Source: Sphaerodactylus townsendi (lineage: Eukaryota). Taken from it: a DNA stretch of 64,000 bases. Position numbers and translations under genes: made by a program. The DNA lies in contig NC_059438.1 in the NCBI RefSeq assembly GCF_021028975.2, positions 8,060,001-8,124,000 on the forward strand, written 5' to 3'. Numbering within the stretch: position 1 is the first letter of the stretch; every line of letters starts with the position of its first letter. The notes beneath the pieces are model-generated. The model did no database searches, was not told the DNA's origin, and saw nothing but the letters and a program-made list of their open reading frames with translations. This document shows, in pieces, positions 36,646 through 48,300 of this stretch.

Positions 36646-38151
36646 CCGTGACCTCCAAGCATCTGAGCTTGGGACATTGGGACCACAGCAGGCAGCAGTT
36701 AAAAGAAGAACAATGTACCAGACTGTTGAATCACCCTCCAGCTCAGCAGGCCCGGTAGCCTCAGCCAGTTGTGTGAATGGTTGTTTGTTTCTGCATGATT
36801 GGCAACTATTATCACTCCATCCTGCTTAGAACAATGGTCTTGTAGCTCTTGGATCTGCTCCGTAGCAACCAAACTGGATTTTTACACTGTGCAGAGATGA
36901 TTGGTTGGATGGTGGCTCGCTTTCAGCAGGTGCTTCTTCGTCAGGGCCCTAGAGGAACGGAAGTAGTGTCTTGAACCTGTTGTGGGTTGAATGCACGTCC
37001 CCGGCAAGTTCTCAGAAATACACCTGTTCTGGCAAAAGCATTTTCAACATGGCTGCTAATGCCAAATTTTGACTTTTAACAGAAAGTGTGTGTGGTTGAC
37101 ATGAATATATATATTTATTTATAGCATGAAGCTATTCCTTGTTTTATTTTCTAGTAGCCATAGATGTGTGTCCCTCCCGTCGGCTGTCCTGTGACTTTGG
37201 AACTCAAGACCTCACCTAGTTGTAAACGTAACCATGTTTTGGAAATGCAGTGTTAACTTTTCGTCCTTCCTCAGCAGCTTTACACCACCTTTTTGTACTA
37301 CCTACAGCAGGGGGCTCCCAACTCTGGCGCCCCAGATGTTCATGGACTACGATTCCCATCAGTCCCTGCCAGCATGGCCAGTATATGTGCTAGCAAAGAC
37401 TACTTTTCTATACTGCAGTCACTTAGGGCAAATCTGTGCTACAGCTTTAATCTGGTTCAACCACCAGGGAGGTAACTTCTTTTTTCATAGAATGACAGTT
37501 CCTTGGATTCTGCAGAGAAGCATCATCATAGTTCAACTCAGCTTAAGTTTGTTGTCTACATATCTCTCTGTTGTACATTGAAACTCACGGCTTCTCTGGA
37601 GCTGTTTTGGGAACTGGTGAGTGAAGTGAAGGACCTAAACTCCAGAAGATTTTGAATACCTTCTAAAGCTTCCAAGATTTATTTAGGAAAATGATGGCTG
37701 CCAAGCTAGTTTGAGTCAGCTCTGTTGGAAGAATGATTGGATAAATTACCTGCGAATTTTTATCAGCGTTGGACTTTCGGAGATTAAAAAAAGAAAAGTA
37801 AATCACATGGAAAAATGTCCATTTTGGGGTGAATCTGTAAATTTGCATCTTGGCAGAATATTTGGGGAACCTGGCCTGTATTCCCATGGAAACAGCCCCT
37901 AGTATTTATCAGGGCTTTTCTTTCTGCGTCAATGGCTGACCCAAGTCACCTGATCATATGCACTAGTAGTGTTTGGCTATTCTTGGCCACACCCATCTGT
38001 GCCTGCTTTCCTCTCTGTGAGTTCACAGAGCACCTGCTAAAGCAGAAAGCCTGACTACTGCCATTTTGAATTGTGCCATGCAGCAGAGTAAGAAATTAAA
38101 AAACCCAAGATCTTAAGTGGTTCAAATCTTTCACATGTGGCTTACCTTTAG

Positions 38152-38157
38152 AATAAA
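38152..38157 (+). terminator. Candidate ARL2BP polyadenylation signal
   Basis: AATAAA followed by GT-rich sequence; ATTAAA at 39191 is a distal alternative. Confidence 0.4.
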
Positions 38158-39539
38158 GATTGGCACTGTGTGTGGCATTACAGTGGTAGCCGGTATCCCC
38201 CACCTCCCCCCAATATGTGTACTGAACGGGAGAAGATTTCTTTTTCAAAAGGTATCATGACGAGCGAGGCCATAACTATAAACAGAGCTGCGTAGATTTA
38301 TATTTGGAGCCTTAAATCTTCGGTAATCGCTGGGGCACCACTTTAGTCCCAGACACCTTGTGTTCTGAATCTTTTGTGCAGATGCAATCCAAAACGGCAT
38401 CTGTCTGGCAATTGCTTGCTTGTAATAAATCTTGGACCACTGGAGTTTAAAATCATAATGAAGATTCTGCCTGTGTTGTAGCATTTCCGTAGTTGCATTC
38501 AGTGAAGTTTTCAGGCTGATCTGAAATGAAGCAAACCACACATGACAAGAGAGACCAATTGCCATGTTCGCCCGTTGTTCATTCATGCAAGCTAATGTGT
38601 ATAAATTAGGTATCCCCTCCACTGAAGGTGCTGGTGTATCAACATACATCATTACTGATGTTACAGTAAGCAAGTTATTTGCTTTGAAAGAATGCTAGCG
38701 ACCTGTGATGTCATCTAACGACAGTATTGATGAGAGCAGCCAACATCCAATCCAGGTGCTGATCAAAACATAGATGCTAAGGATCCTGACCTTCCCTTCT
38801 ATTTTCTCTGTTGGCACAAGTGCCAGTTTACCTTTAAAAGTGTTGTATTCGTTACCCACTTGGCAGTAATGCTTTGAGGTAACCGAGAAAAGGACTTGTC
38901 CTCTTTTTAACCATTCCTTCCCCCTAACAAAAATCTTGAGTGCATTGGATTAATTTTGGTACTGTCTGAAAGCCTCAGCTGTCCTTGGAGGGAACCTGGA
39001 AGAAACAGAGTATACAATTGCTACGGATACGCTGGCCATCAGGAATCTTGATGCAGGTTCTGGTGTGGCTTCTATGGATCATGTTCCGAGTGCGCAGTCT
39101 ATTGAAGTTAGCTTTGCATCAAGCAAAGAGCTTTGCTCTTAGCTGAGGAAACCAGCTAGAGATACAAAATTGTGTATTTGTTTGCGTTGGATTAAACAAC
39201 TTATTTCAAGTTCAAGACAGTCCTGTTGTCTGTTTGAATTCAGGCTAGGGGGAAACCAACCAAAGTGCTGCATTGCCTAATCATTTGCATGTCCTTTGAT
39301 ATTCCCTTTTGACCTGCAATGATGAAAGCAAAGGGTATTTAACTTTTGTCCTTGAGAATTATTCTCAACAAAAGTGCGTATTTGACCTGGGGGAAAGCGG
39401 GATTAATCTTAGAGAGAGCTCATTTCTCAACTCCACACCTGTGTCCCAGGTCTCCTTTTTCGACTGTAGAGTGTCAGTAGCTGAATGTATCTGCTCCTAA
39501 TTTGGCACCCATTCCCCCTCCCCCCACATCCTTTTAGGG

Positions 39540-39685
39540 CATAGGTGTCAAACTCAGGCCCTCCAGGTGTTCATGGGCTACGATTCTCATCAGCCCATGC
39601 CAGCAGGACCAATTGGCCATGCTAGCAGGGACTGCTGGGAACTGTAGTCCATGAACATCTGGAGGGCCTGAGTTTGACACCTATG
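39540..39685. mobile_element. Palindromic hAT MITE
   Basis: cataggtgtcaaactc...gagtttgacacctatg; TSD ttttaggg/atgtaggg. Confidence 0.85.
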
Positions 39686-39872
39686 ATGTAGGGTAACTGA
39701 GCTCATGGACTTTCTTAGATTGTATGAAACAGTCTTCAGTGCTGAGAAGTTGTATTTGCTGAAATTCTCTTATGAAAAAGTATACAAACTTCTGCATACT
39801 CCCGCAGAGGGTGGAATCAAGTACCTTTGTTCCCTTACAGAGTTGGGTGGCATGGATGCTGTTTGGTTAGAG

Positions 39873-40516
39873 CAGGGGTCCCCAAACTTTTTAAACCGGG
39901 GGCCAGTTCACTGTCCCTCAGACTGTTGGAGGGCCGGACTAAAAAAAACTATGAACAAATTCCTATGCACAAATGATTGTAAAATGTTTGATTTCACCTT
40001 TCAGCCTTTCTGTCATGGTCTGTTTTTAGAACAGTGACCAAAGTATGTCAAGTACAGGGTGGGCTCCAAATATTGTTGGGGAGGCTGTGGAATACCTTCC
40101 CCTGTAAAAAAAAAAAAAGAGCAGAAATTTCCCAATGAAGCATTCCATCTAACCCAGCATCAGGTATCTTCCTGGGTTCTTTCCTCCCTAGCAGCCAGCG
40201 AGCGATTCGCCAGCCTGGCTGATGCCAATGGGAGTGAGGCGGAACAGAAAGCCTGAGAGCAACACCTGGAGTAGCCGAGAGGGAAGGGCGGAGCAGGAGT
40301 TGCCACGTGTAAGGTTTCCAACTCTGGGTCAGAAAATTCATGGAGATTTGGGGGTGCCATCATGTAACTGCAATCAACAGCCGTTGGGGCCGGTTCCTCC
40401 TCTCCCTCGAGCCCCCACTGCACATGAATGGAGCCATTGCCGCCATGGCTGGCGGGCCAGATAAATGCCTTCAGGGGGCCACATTTGGCCCCCGGGCCGT
40501 AGTTTGGGGACCCCTG
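39873..40516. mobile_element. Non-autonomous hAT element, OC1/OposCharlie-like ends
   Basis: TIR CAGGGGTCCCCAAACT / AGTTTGGGGACCCCTG; perfect TSD GGTTAGAG. Confidence 0.9.
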
Positions 40517-40878
40517 GGTTAGAGGGAAAGGCAACTGGTCAGAAGCTGTTATAGCTGGACGGCTTGTAAATGCCACTAACTTCCCTGCTGTCTCTGCAAG
40601 AGTCGTTTATCCTTAAACTTTGGACTAAAAACCTGCCCACAGACAAAAGCAGAAATGTAGCCGCTGTACTGTCTGTTTGCTGCCCCAGTGTTAAGACTTG
40701 TAGAATTCAAAAGGGATACAGAGTGCCCAGATCACAGTAGATACTCTGCACATGTTTAGAAAGAAACCTAGCAGACCCACCCAGAACAACATGAAACAGC
40801 CCCAGGTTGTGCTGCAGTCAAGCAAAAGAGGTCAGAGAGGAAGCTCCGGTGCTGACAAAAAGGTCAGATTTAGACACT

Positions 40879-40884
40879 TTTAAT
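40879..40884 (-). terminator. Candidate PLLP polyadenylation signal (ATTAAA on minus strand)
   Basis: TTTAAT on plus strand, about 1.4 kb past the PLLP stop, in AU-rich sequence. Confidence 0.4.
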
Positions 40885-41288
40885 TTAAAACAGAACTTGT
40901 CTTTCCAATTTTTTTTCAGGAATCAATAATAAAACAAAACACGTGCTGCATAGTTGCACCAAAAGCTGTGTGTCATCCCTTCTAAGTACCACACGCATTG
41001 AGTTAAATATAAATTATTTACACATTAAGCTGCAGGCGGCTGGCCTAAGGCAAGACCAGGCTTGCTTGTTTTAGTGGATTTAGTGTGGCCGTGGCTGGAG
41101 ATGGGGATGCTTCGGGCTAATTCACAGAGGCACACTGAAGTGGGCCACACACACACCCTACCCTCCAGTCCAAAGTTGCTAAGAATTCATATTCTGCTTC
41201 CAGCGCTGCTCTGAGGGTTTTTGTGGGTCAGTGCACACATGCAGCAATCACCCCTCAACCTCTGTGCAGGCATGTTGTATGCTTGGAA

Positions 41289-41511
41289 CAGGGGTGTATC
41301 GCCCAGGGGTACATGGGGTCAAATGTCCCCGGGCTGCAGCCATTAAGTCACCGGGGTGGGGGGGTGTAGAAAATCGCCCCCACAACCATCTCCTCCCTCC
41401 CTGGTCCATACACTAACTTCAAGACCTCATGCAAAAAAAATTGTTTGGAGTGGGAGGGGGCGGAAAACTCAGATTTCGCAGCAAGCTACATTTTCCCCAG
41501 ATCCGCCTCTG
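41289..41511. mobile_element. hAT-type MITE in the probable PLLP 3' UTR
   Basis: Imperfect TIRs CAGGGGTGTATC / GATCCGCCTCTG; TSD gcttggaa/gcttggag. Confidence 0.75.
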
Positions 41512-42255
41512 GCTTGGAGGCAGTGTGCCTTTCTGGTGACTATCCCAAGGGTAGCAGACCCCTATGGATGTGGGGCTAAGTACACCTTTGCTCCAGTCCT
41601 GTTGGCCTATTCTTGAATATTAAGAAGGTTTTGGGAAAGCAGGACACAGGAAGATGGTTCACCCTGGAGCGTTGAGCATCGGAGCCGTTCTGCATATATG
41701 AATTGGCCACAGATCTAACACCACTGCTGGGACTGCCCTGTTTGGTTCTAGTGCTTTCTGAACTTTCTTGCATTAAACCAGGAGCCTCTAACAGCTGTTT
41801 GATGCACGCTGTGGCTCACTGGACACATGAGTTGCCATGTGCTGAAAGCATCACAGCAGAGGTAACAACAGGTGATGTACAAGCTCTGCGGGCAATAGAT
41901 CTACGGTGGGGCCTGTTCACATGCCTGAGACATAGCATGCCAGTTTGAACTAGGCTGGAAGTGATCTCTTGCAAGACAGGAGAGGGACTCATCCTCCACG
42001 CATTGGTACACGGAGCCAATTAGTAGAAAGTAGTGAAAAGCACTGATCTAAATCTAGATGGCATTAGAACGCATGCTGCATTTGTGGCCCAGGCCACGCG
42101 AAAGGTGGGACCAGGAAGAGTGATTGAGCTGTACTCGATCTGGATGTGAAAGGAAGAGAGGGCAAGAGAGAACCCCAAGGCACCATTAGCCGCTCCCCTG
42201 CCCTGCCGCAGAGCCGTCCCATTGGCCCATGTTGATTCAGAGCAAGCAACAGTTC

Positions 42256-42375
42256 TTAGGTGTGATTAGGAAGTGTAGCTTGACTGGTTGCTGTGTTGCT
42301 TCCGTATCCTTTCCAAATGCGAAAGCTGAGACAGGCACTGACCCCGTAGACGATCATCACCAGACACGCAAAGAA
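42256..42375 (-). CDS. PLLP: PLLP coding exon 4 (stop)
   Basis: FFACLVMIVYGVSACLSFRIWKGYGSNTATSQATLPNHT-TAA; tgcag| acceptor. Confidence 0.94.
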   Translation of the reverse strand, partial: FFACLVMIVYGVSACLSFRIWKGYGSNTATSQATLPNHT

Positions 42376-45300
42376 CTGCAATGAATAAGGAATTGACACA
42401 TCAGTTGTCTCAGCAGTTACAGAAGAATCATAGAGTTGGAAGAGACCTCAAGGGCCATCAAGTCCAACCCCCTGCAATGCTGGAACACACAATCAAAGCA
42501 CTCCTGACAGATGGCAATTAAGACCCTCTTTAAAAACCTCTAAAGAAGCAGAGTCCACCACACTCTAAGGTCGTGCATTCCACTGTTAAACAGCCCTCAC
42601 TGTCAAGAAGTTTTTCCTGATGTTTAGCTGGAATCTCTTTTCCTTCACCTTGAACCCATGACTCCTGGTCCTAGTCTCTGGAGCAGCAGAAAACAAGCTT
42701 GCTCCTCCACCAACATGACATCCCTTCAAATATCTTACCATGGCTATCGTGTCCCCTCTTAACCTTCTCTTCACCAAACGAAACATACCCAGCTCCCTAA
42801 GTCTCTCCTCGTAGAGCATGGGTTCCAGACCTTTTGCCATTTTGGTTGCCCTCCTCTGGACCCATTCCAGCTTGTCAATATCCTTATTGAATTGTGGTGC
42901 CCAGAACTGTACACAAAAAGATCCCAGTGGGCAGAATGAAGCACTTTCAATCCACTTTCACAATTGTATTAAAGTGGATTTTGCTATTCTGCACAGCTGC
43001 AAAGTGCATTGAAAGTGGATTATTCTGCATGCACAGAAGGGGTCTAAGAGGTTGCTGGTCTCCAGAGGGAGGAAGACTTTTATCTGATCTTTTCAGCTGG
43101 AGATGTTGAGGATCAAACCTGGGAACTTCTGCATGCAAAAGACATGCTCTACCACTGAGCCAGGGCCTCGCCTCAAAGAATCAAATGCACCCAGGCTATC
43201 AGTACCATCAACATGCCTATGTGTCTTTTTCTCTGTCTCTAAGAGGAGGGATTCATCCTGCAGCTGAAAAACCAGGTAAGTTAAGACCAGGAAATATTAA
43301 AAATGCACTTTCTTTTCCCTGAAAAACAGCAGGTTGCTTGCTCTTTATGGCACGAGAAGGAGCATTCCGGGCATCTGGTGGCTGGCACAGAGGCAGGCGG
43401 TAGGATATGCAAGGGAGGGGAACAGCGAGGAAGAAGTATATGATGTCGTCCCAGCTGCTTTCCCTGTTACTGAGTATTAGCTCATTGCTGGCAGTGCACA
43501 TTCTGAACCAGGACACCAAACGATGGTCCAGAAAGCCAGCCCCGTTTTGTTTTGTGCAGATGGCAGTGAGAGAGGGAAGGTTACTGGGGCAAACAGAGTC
43601 ATCATCCTGGCCAAGCAGTGATGAAGGAGGAGCCGAGGGACATAATGAGGAACCACTGGGCATAGCAGGGACGGAGGCCAGCAGAACGAAAGGTGGCCGC
43701 ACGCAGTTACCCACCGAGGCGGCCGCTCTTCTGTTGTAGTCTGGCGAATGAGGCCAGGAGTAAAGCTCGACAGATGTGGCGCTCGTTACAAAAGCCGTGG
43801 CGTACAAGACGGAGGCTGCAGCGTTGAAGACAAGGAGCTGGGAGAAAAAGAAGAGCAAGTTTGGAATGAGTCTGGAACTGTTTTAGGCTGCCTTTGAGGG
43901 AGCAAATCTCCAAACCTGAAAAGTTCCTGCCCCGCCCTGCTCAGCACTCACAGAGGATGCGTGATTAAGGGGCCGGAGAATCTTTTCTGTGTGGAAGGGC
44001 TGAAAAGTCTGGAACTTGTTGGTTTAGAAAAGGGGAAACGTGAAAGAGGTTTACAAAATTATGCAGGGGGTAGTGAGAGTGGACAGATAACTTTTCCTTC
44101 CTCTCAAAACTCTAGAACTCGGAGAAGGGACAGACAATGAAATTGATGGGCAGTAAATTCAAGATGGACAAAAATGAAATATGTCTTTACTCAGTGGGTG
44201 ACTAAAATGTGGAGTTTGCTGTCAGAGGATGTAGTGATAGCCCTGGGCTTTAAAGGGGAATTAGATTCATAGAGGTATAGGTTCATCAGTGGTCATGGTG
44301 ACTGAAGGGAGCCCTAACACATTAAACACGTCACCCACTAGGCTAGTGGGTGACGTGTTTAACACTTTCTCCCCAGTTCTGATTTGAGCAAGGAAGTGAG
44401 TTTGTGATGTCAAAATAAGCACCAGCCAATCAACCACATCTGGCAGTTTCTCAAAAAAAAACCCAAATGGTTGTGTTTTTTTAACAAAGGGGAATAATAG
44501 AATTATAGAGTTGGAAGAGACCACAAGAGCCATCAAGTCCAACCCCCTGCCATGCAGGAACACACAATCAAAGCACTCCTGACATATGTTCATCCAGCCC
44601 CTGTTTAACAACCTCCAAAGCAGGAGACTCCACCACTCTCCCAGAAAGTGAATTCCAGTAGTCTCTCAAAGGAGGAGGATGGGTAATTAAATAACCATAA
44701 TTCACAAGCCACTGTTTTTAAAAGGCCCGCCTGAAAACACCAAGGAAGAGCTGAGACCATCAGTTTACGGCACGGTGCAAACTATAAAGCTGAAAAGTTG
44801 CCAGGTTCACACCCCAGTGAAATTTTGATTTTCAAGGTGGCTTGAATGATATTTATGTATTACAACCTTTGGATTTTCAAGGTGCCTTGAACACCACGTT
44901 GCCAGTAGATAGGGTGCAAGATCGAAATGCTCTTAGTGAACACTAAAAGCATTGCAGGTATTCTGAAATCCGCAGGCATGGAGCCACATTAGTTTGTCAA
45001 ACAACGGCAGAATAGGATGTTCTCTGGTCCAGTACGCTTGACTGGTTCGCCCTGAAAGCATCAAGTCGGTGCTTTCTGGCAGCAGCGAATGCTTCAATGG
45101 CCTCTGGGTTATGAAACGTGCAACAATGTCAGCACTGTTCAATCCCTGTGCTTGTCTCCTGGCTGGACACAACAGAAGCAGAAAGGCTACACTTCTGCAA
45201 CACCCCCGTCAGAGTTGTTGACCCAGGGTATTTTCAAATGCAGATGCATCTTCTGATCACTCAAGACATAAATTATGACAACAGTTTTTAGGGCTGCATT

Positions 45301-48300
45301 CAGCTAAGTTATTTCCAGAATGGAGAGGAAAGGTAGGCAAACTGCTCCCCAACACTCCTAAAGAAATCAAGCAGTTTGGCTTCACTGAATGGCTTCACTG
45401 AAACAGAAAGCTGCTTCCCGGCACTCCTAATAAAATCAACCAGTTTGGCTTCACTGAAGCCAAACTGGTTGATTTTATTAGGATTGCCGGGAAGCAGCTT
45501 TCTGTTTCTCAGAAGAAAGGAAGGGAGAACCGTGCCTTGCCTTTTAACTGTGGTTCTTCCCACTGTCCACTAGAGTAATAGGGCTGCCCTGACATCCAGC
45601 CCCACTGAATGGACTTGTGTAGGATTCTAAGTAGGCATGCGTAGAAATGCTGCTGATTTTCCTCTTCCTTTGAGAGATCACTGAATCCCTGTCAGAGCTT
45701 CTCCTGAGGATTCCTCTCCCCCAGGTGCAGCATTTGGGTTGCTGCTGGGATTGGCAAATTGTGCTTAAGTCCATTTAAGGGAGAGTTTGCATCACTCTCT
45801 TAATTGCTGTCTGTCCACCCCTGGAAATTCTAGGCAGGATCCAAGTCATCGGCCACTTCTGCACGTGCAGAATAATGCACTTTTAATCTACTTTCACAAT
45901 TGTTTGCAAGTGGATTTTGCTATTCCACACAGCTTCAAAGTGAAAGTGGATTGAAAGTGCACTATTCTGCATGTGCAGAAGGGACCATAGTCTCCGCTGC
46001 AATAGGCAATACTAAGTTGGAGTACAAGGCCATAGAGTCTACCCTCCAAAGCAGTCATTTTCTTCAGGGGAACTGGTATCTGTAATCTGGAAATCAGTTG
46101 TAATTCTGGGAGATCTCCAGGCCCTGCCTGGAGGTTGGCAATGGCCTCAAACAGTGGTGACCACTGCTGTTGTTTTAAGACAGAAACCTTCGTCCACTGA
46201 GACATTCCCTGGCCTGTGTGGGGAATTTTAACTGATTGATTCTTGTCATTTCTCTAATATTGACTTTGTCACGTTTTGTAAGATCTTGGTTGTGGAAACC
46301 ACCTCTGCACAACAACCCTGGAAACCGTCTCTGCACAGCAACCATCTCTGGACCTCCCTGGTGGCCGCCCATTCAATTACGAGCCAGGGCTGTGTCTAGT
46401 TAGCTTCTGAGAGCTAATGAGATCAAACCTGCCCAGGCAACCCAGGTCAGGGCTCAGGCTCAAGTACTCACCACAATAGGCCACGGGATCATGTAGAGTT
46501 TCAGCTGAAGCTGGAAAAGGTACATCGCAAACAATATGACCGTCACCATCCAGAAGAAGACAGCTACAAACATCACCCAGCCGTAGGAAGGGTAGGGCTG
46601 GTAGTATGTGTCGGCAATGAGGGTCCACACCAAACAGCCCAGCACCTGCAGAACACAATTGGAAAATGGTAACATTTTTATTTAGTACATTTTTATCTCA
46701 CCTGGACCTCAGGGCGGTGCACATCATTCTCTCTTTTGTCCCTGTGAGGCAGGTGAGGCTGATTGAGATGGATTAGCCCATGGACACCCAACAGGCTCCA
46801 TGGCACAGCAGGGATTCGAACCCGAGTCTCCCCAGTCTTAGCCCAACACTCTAATCACTACATTGTGGTGTAATGGTTAAGAGCAGATGGATTCTAAGCT
46901 GGAGAAGTGGGTTTGATTCCCCACTCCTCCACCTGAGTGGCAGAGGCTTATCTGGTGAACCAGATGTGTTTCTGCACTTCTCCATTCCTGCTGGGTGACC
47001 TAGGGCTAGTCTCAGTTCTCTCTGAACTCTCTCAGCCCCACCTACCTCACAAGGTGTCTGTTGTGGGGAGAGGAAGGGAAAGAAGCTTGTAAGCCACCTT
47101 GAGTCTCCTGACAGGAGAGAAAGGTGGTGTATAAATCCAAACTCTTCCTCTTCTTCTACATGACGTTGGCTTCCCACACAGAAAAAAAGCACAGCTGGCT
47201 GATGAACTCCAATGTATCCAGTGTTGGAAGTGAAAGATTTTGCACTGCCTCTCAACCTCAGACTTTAGAGAGGGGCTTGACTATAGAGTTAGAGAGAGAG
47301 AGGGGTCAAGGCACTGGGCATCCTTTCTCTACTGCTCTGACACAATCCCCTTGATGTGTAGAGTAGACTGCAAGTCTCAGGAAATGTCCTTCCTTCCTCC
47401 TCTTCGTACCTCCACTCACATGTACATTCTGTTCTCCATCTTGCAACCAAGGGGGTGGACCGCAATGCCTTCCATTCTGGTTAGTTAGACTAAATCAAGG
47501 AACTATATTTACTATATCTTATCCAGAAATGGAGATCCTATAATAAACCAAGTATGTTAGTTGGAATAGATAAAAGACTGAGCAATTTTGTTCCTGACAC
47601 ACGTAGAGTGAGCTTTGCCATGCATAATAACCTTTGAGCACTCTTCTGAATCCCTTGGTTTTTATACTTATATTTTAAAAAATCTATCATACATACCTGA
47701 GCTACCCATGTCAGAGCAGGAGGCATTAGAGTCCTGGGGGGAAGGGGGTTCTGTAATAAAACAGACTGTACCATTTCATGCTTCAGATGAGGGATATTTT
47801 AACACTCCATTTCACAGAAGGTCTGCTATAAGTAGAAAACTAGTCAAGCAACAAAACAGCTGAGCTGGAACCTTTTCCTCTAACATTCTATGTTTTTTAA
47901 TTGCATGGATTTTGGGGTGCATTGAAAACCTACAGCAGGATTGCACAGAATTGTACCCCCCTCCCCATCATCTTGTGTGCATGGTGGTGGAAACAGCCGT
48001 CAAGTTGAAGTCAACTTACAGCAACCCCTTACGAACAGAGGTGGTTGGCCAGTGCCTGTCTCTGGGCAGCGACCCCACGCTTGCTAGGTGGTCTCTCATC
48101 CAAGCAGCCTGTGGCGTAGTGGTTAAGAGCAGGTGCACTCTAATCTGGGGATCCGGGTTTGATTCCCCGCTCTGCCACTTCAGCTGTGGAGGCTTATCTG
48201 GGGAACTAAGATTAGCCTGTGCACTCCAACACACGCCAGCTGGGTGACCTTGTGCTAGTCACAGTTCTTCTGAGCTCTCTCAGCCCCACAGGGTGTTTGT

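Noticed and set aside
38245-38673. 142-aa minus-strand ORF between ARL2BP and PLLP
   Set aside because: No recognisable domain or exon structure; non-ATG start; the region looks like ARL2BP 3' UTR or downstream sequence.
43253-43858. 201-aa ORF containing PLLP exon 3
   Set aside because: Extension past the gtgggt donor is intron read-through; canonical exon 4 is intact. No evidence for an alternative C-terminus.
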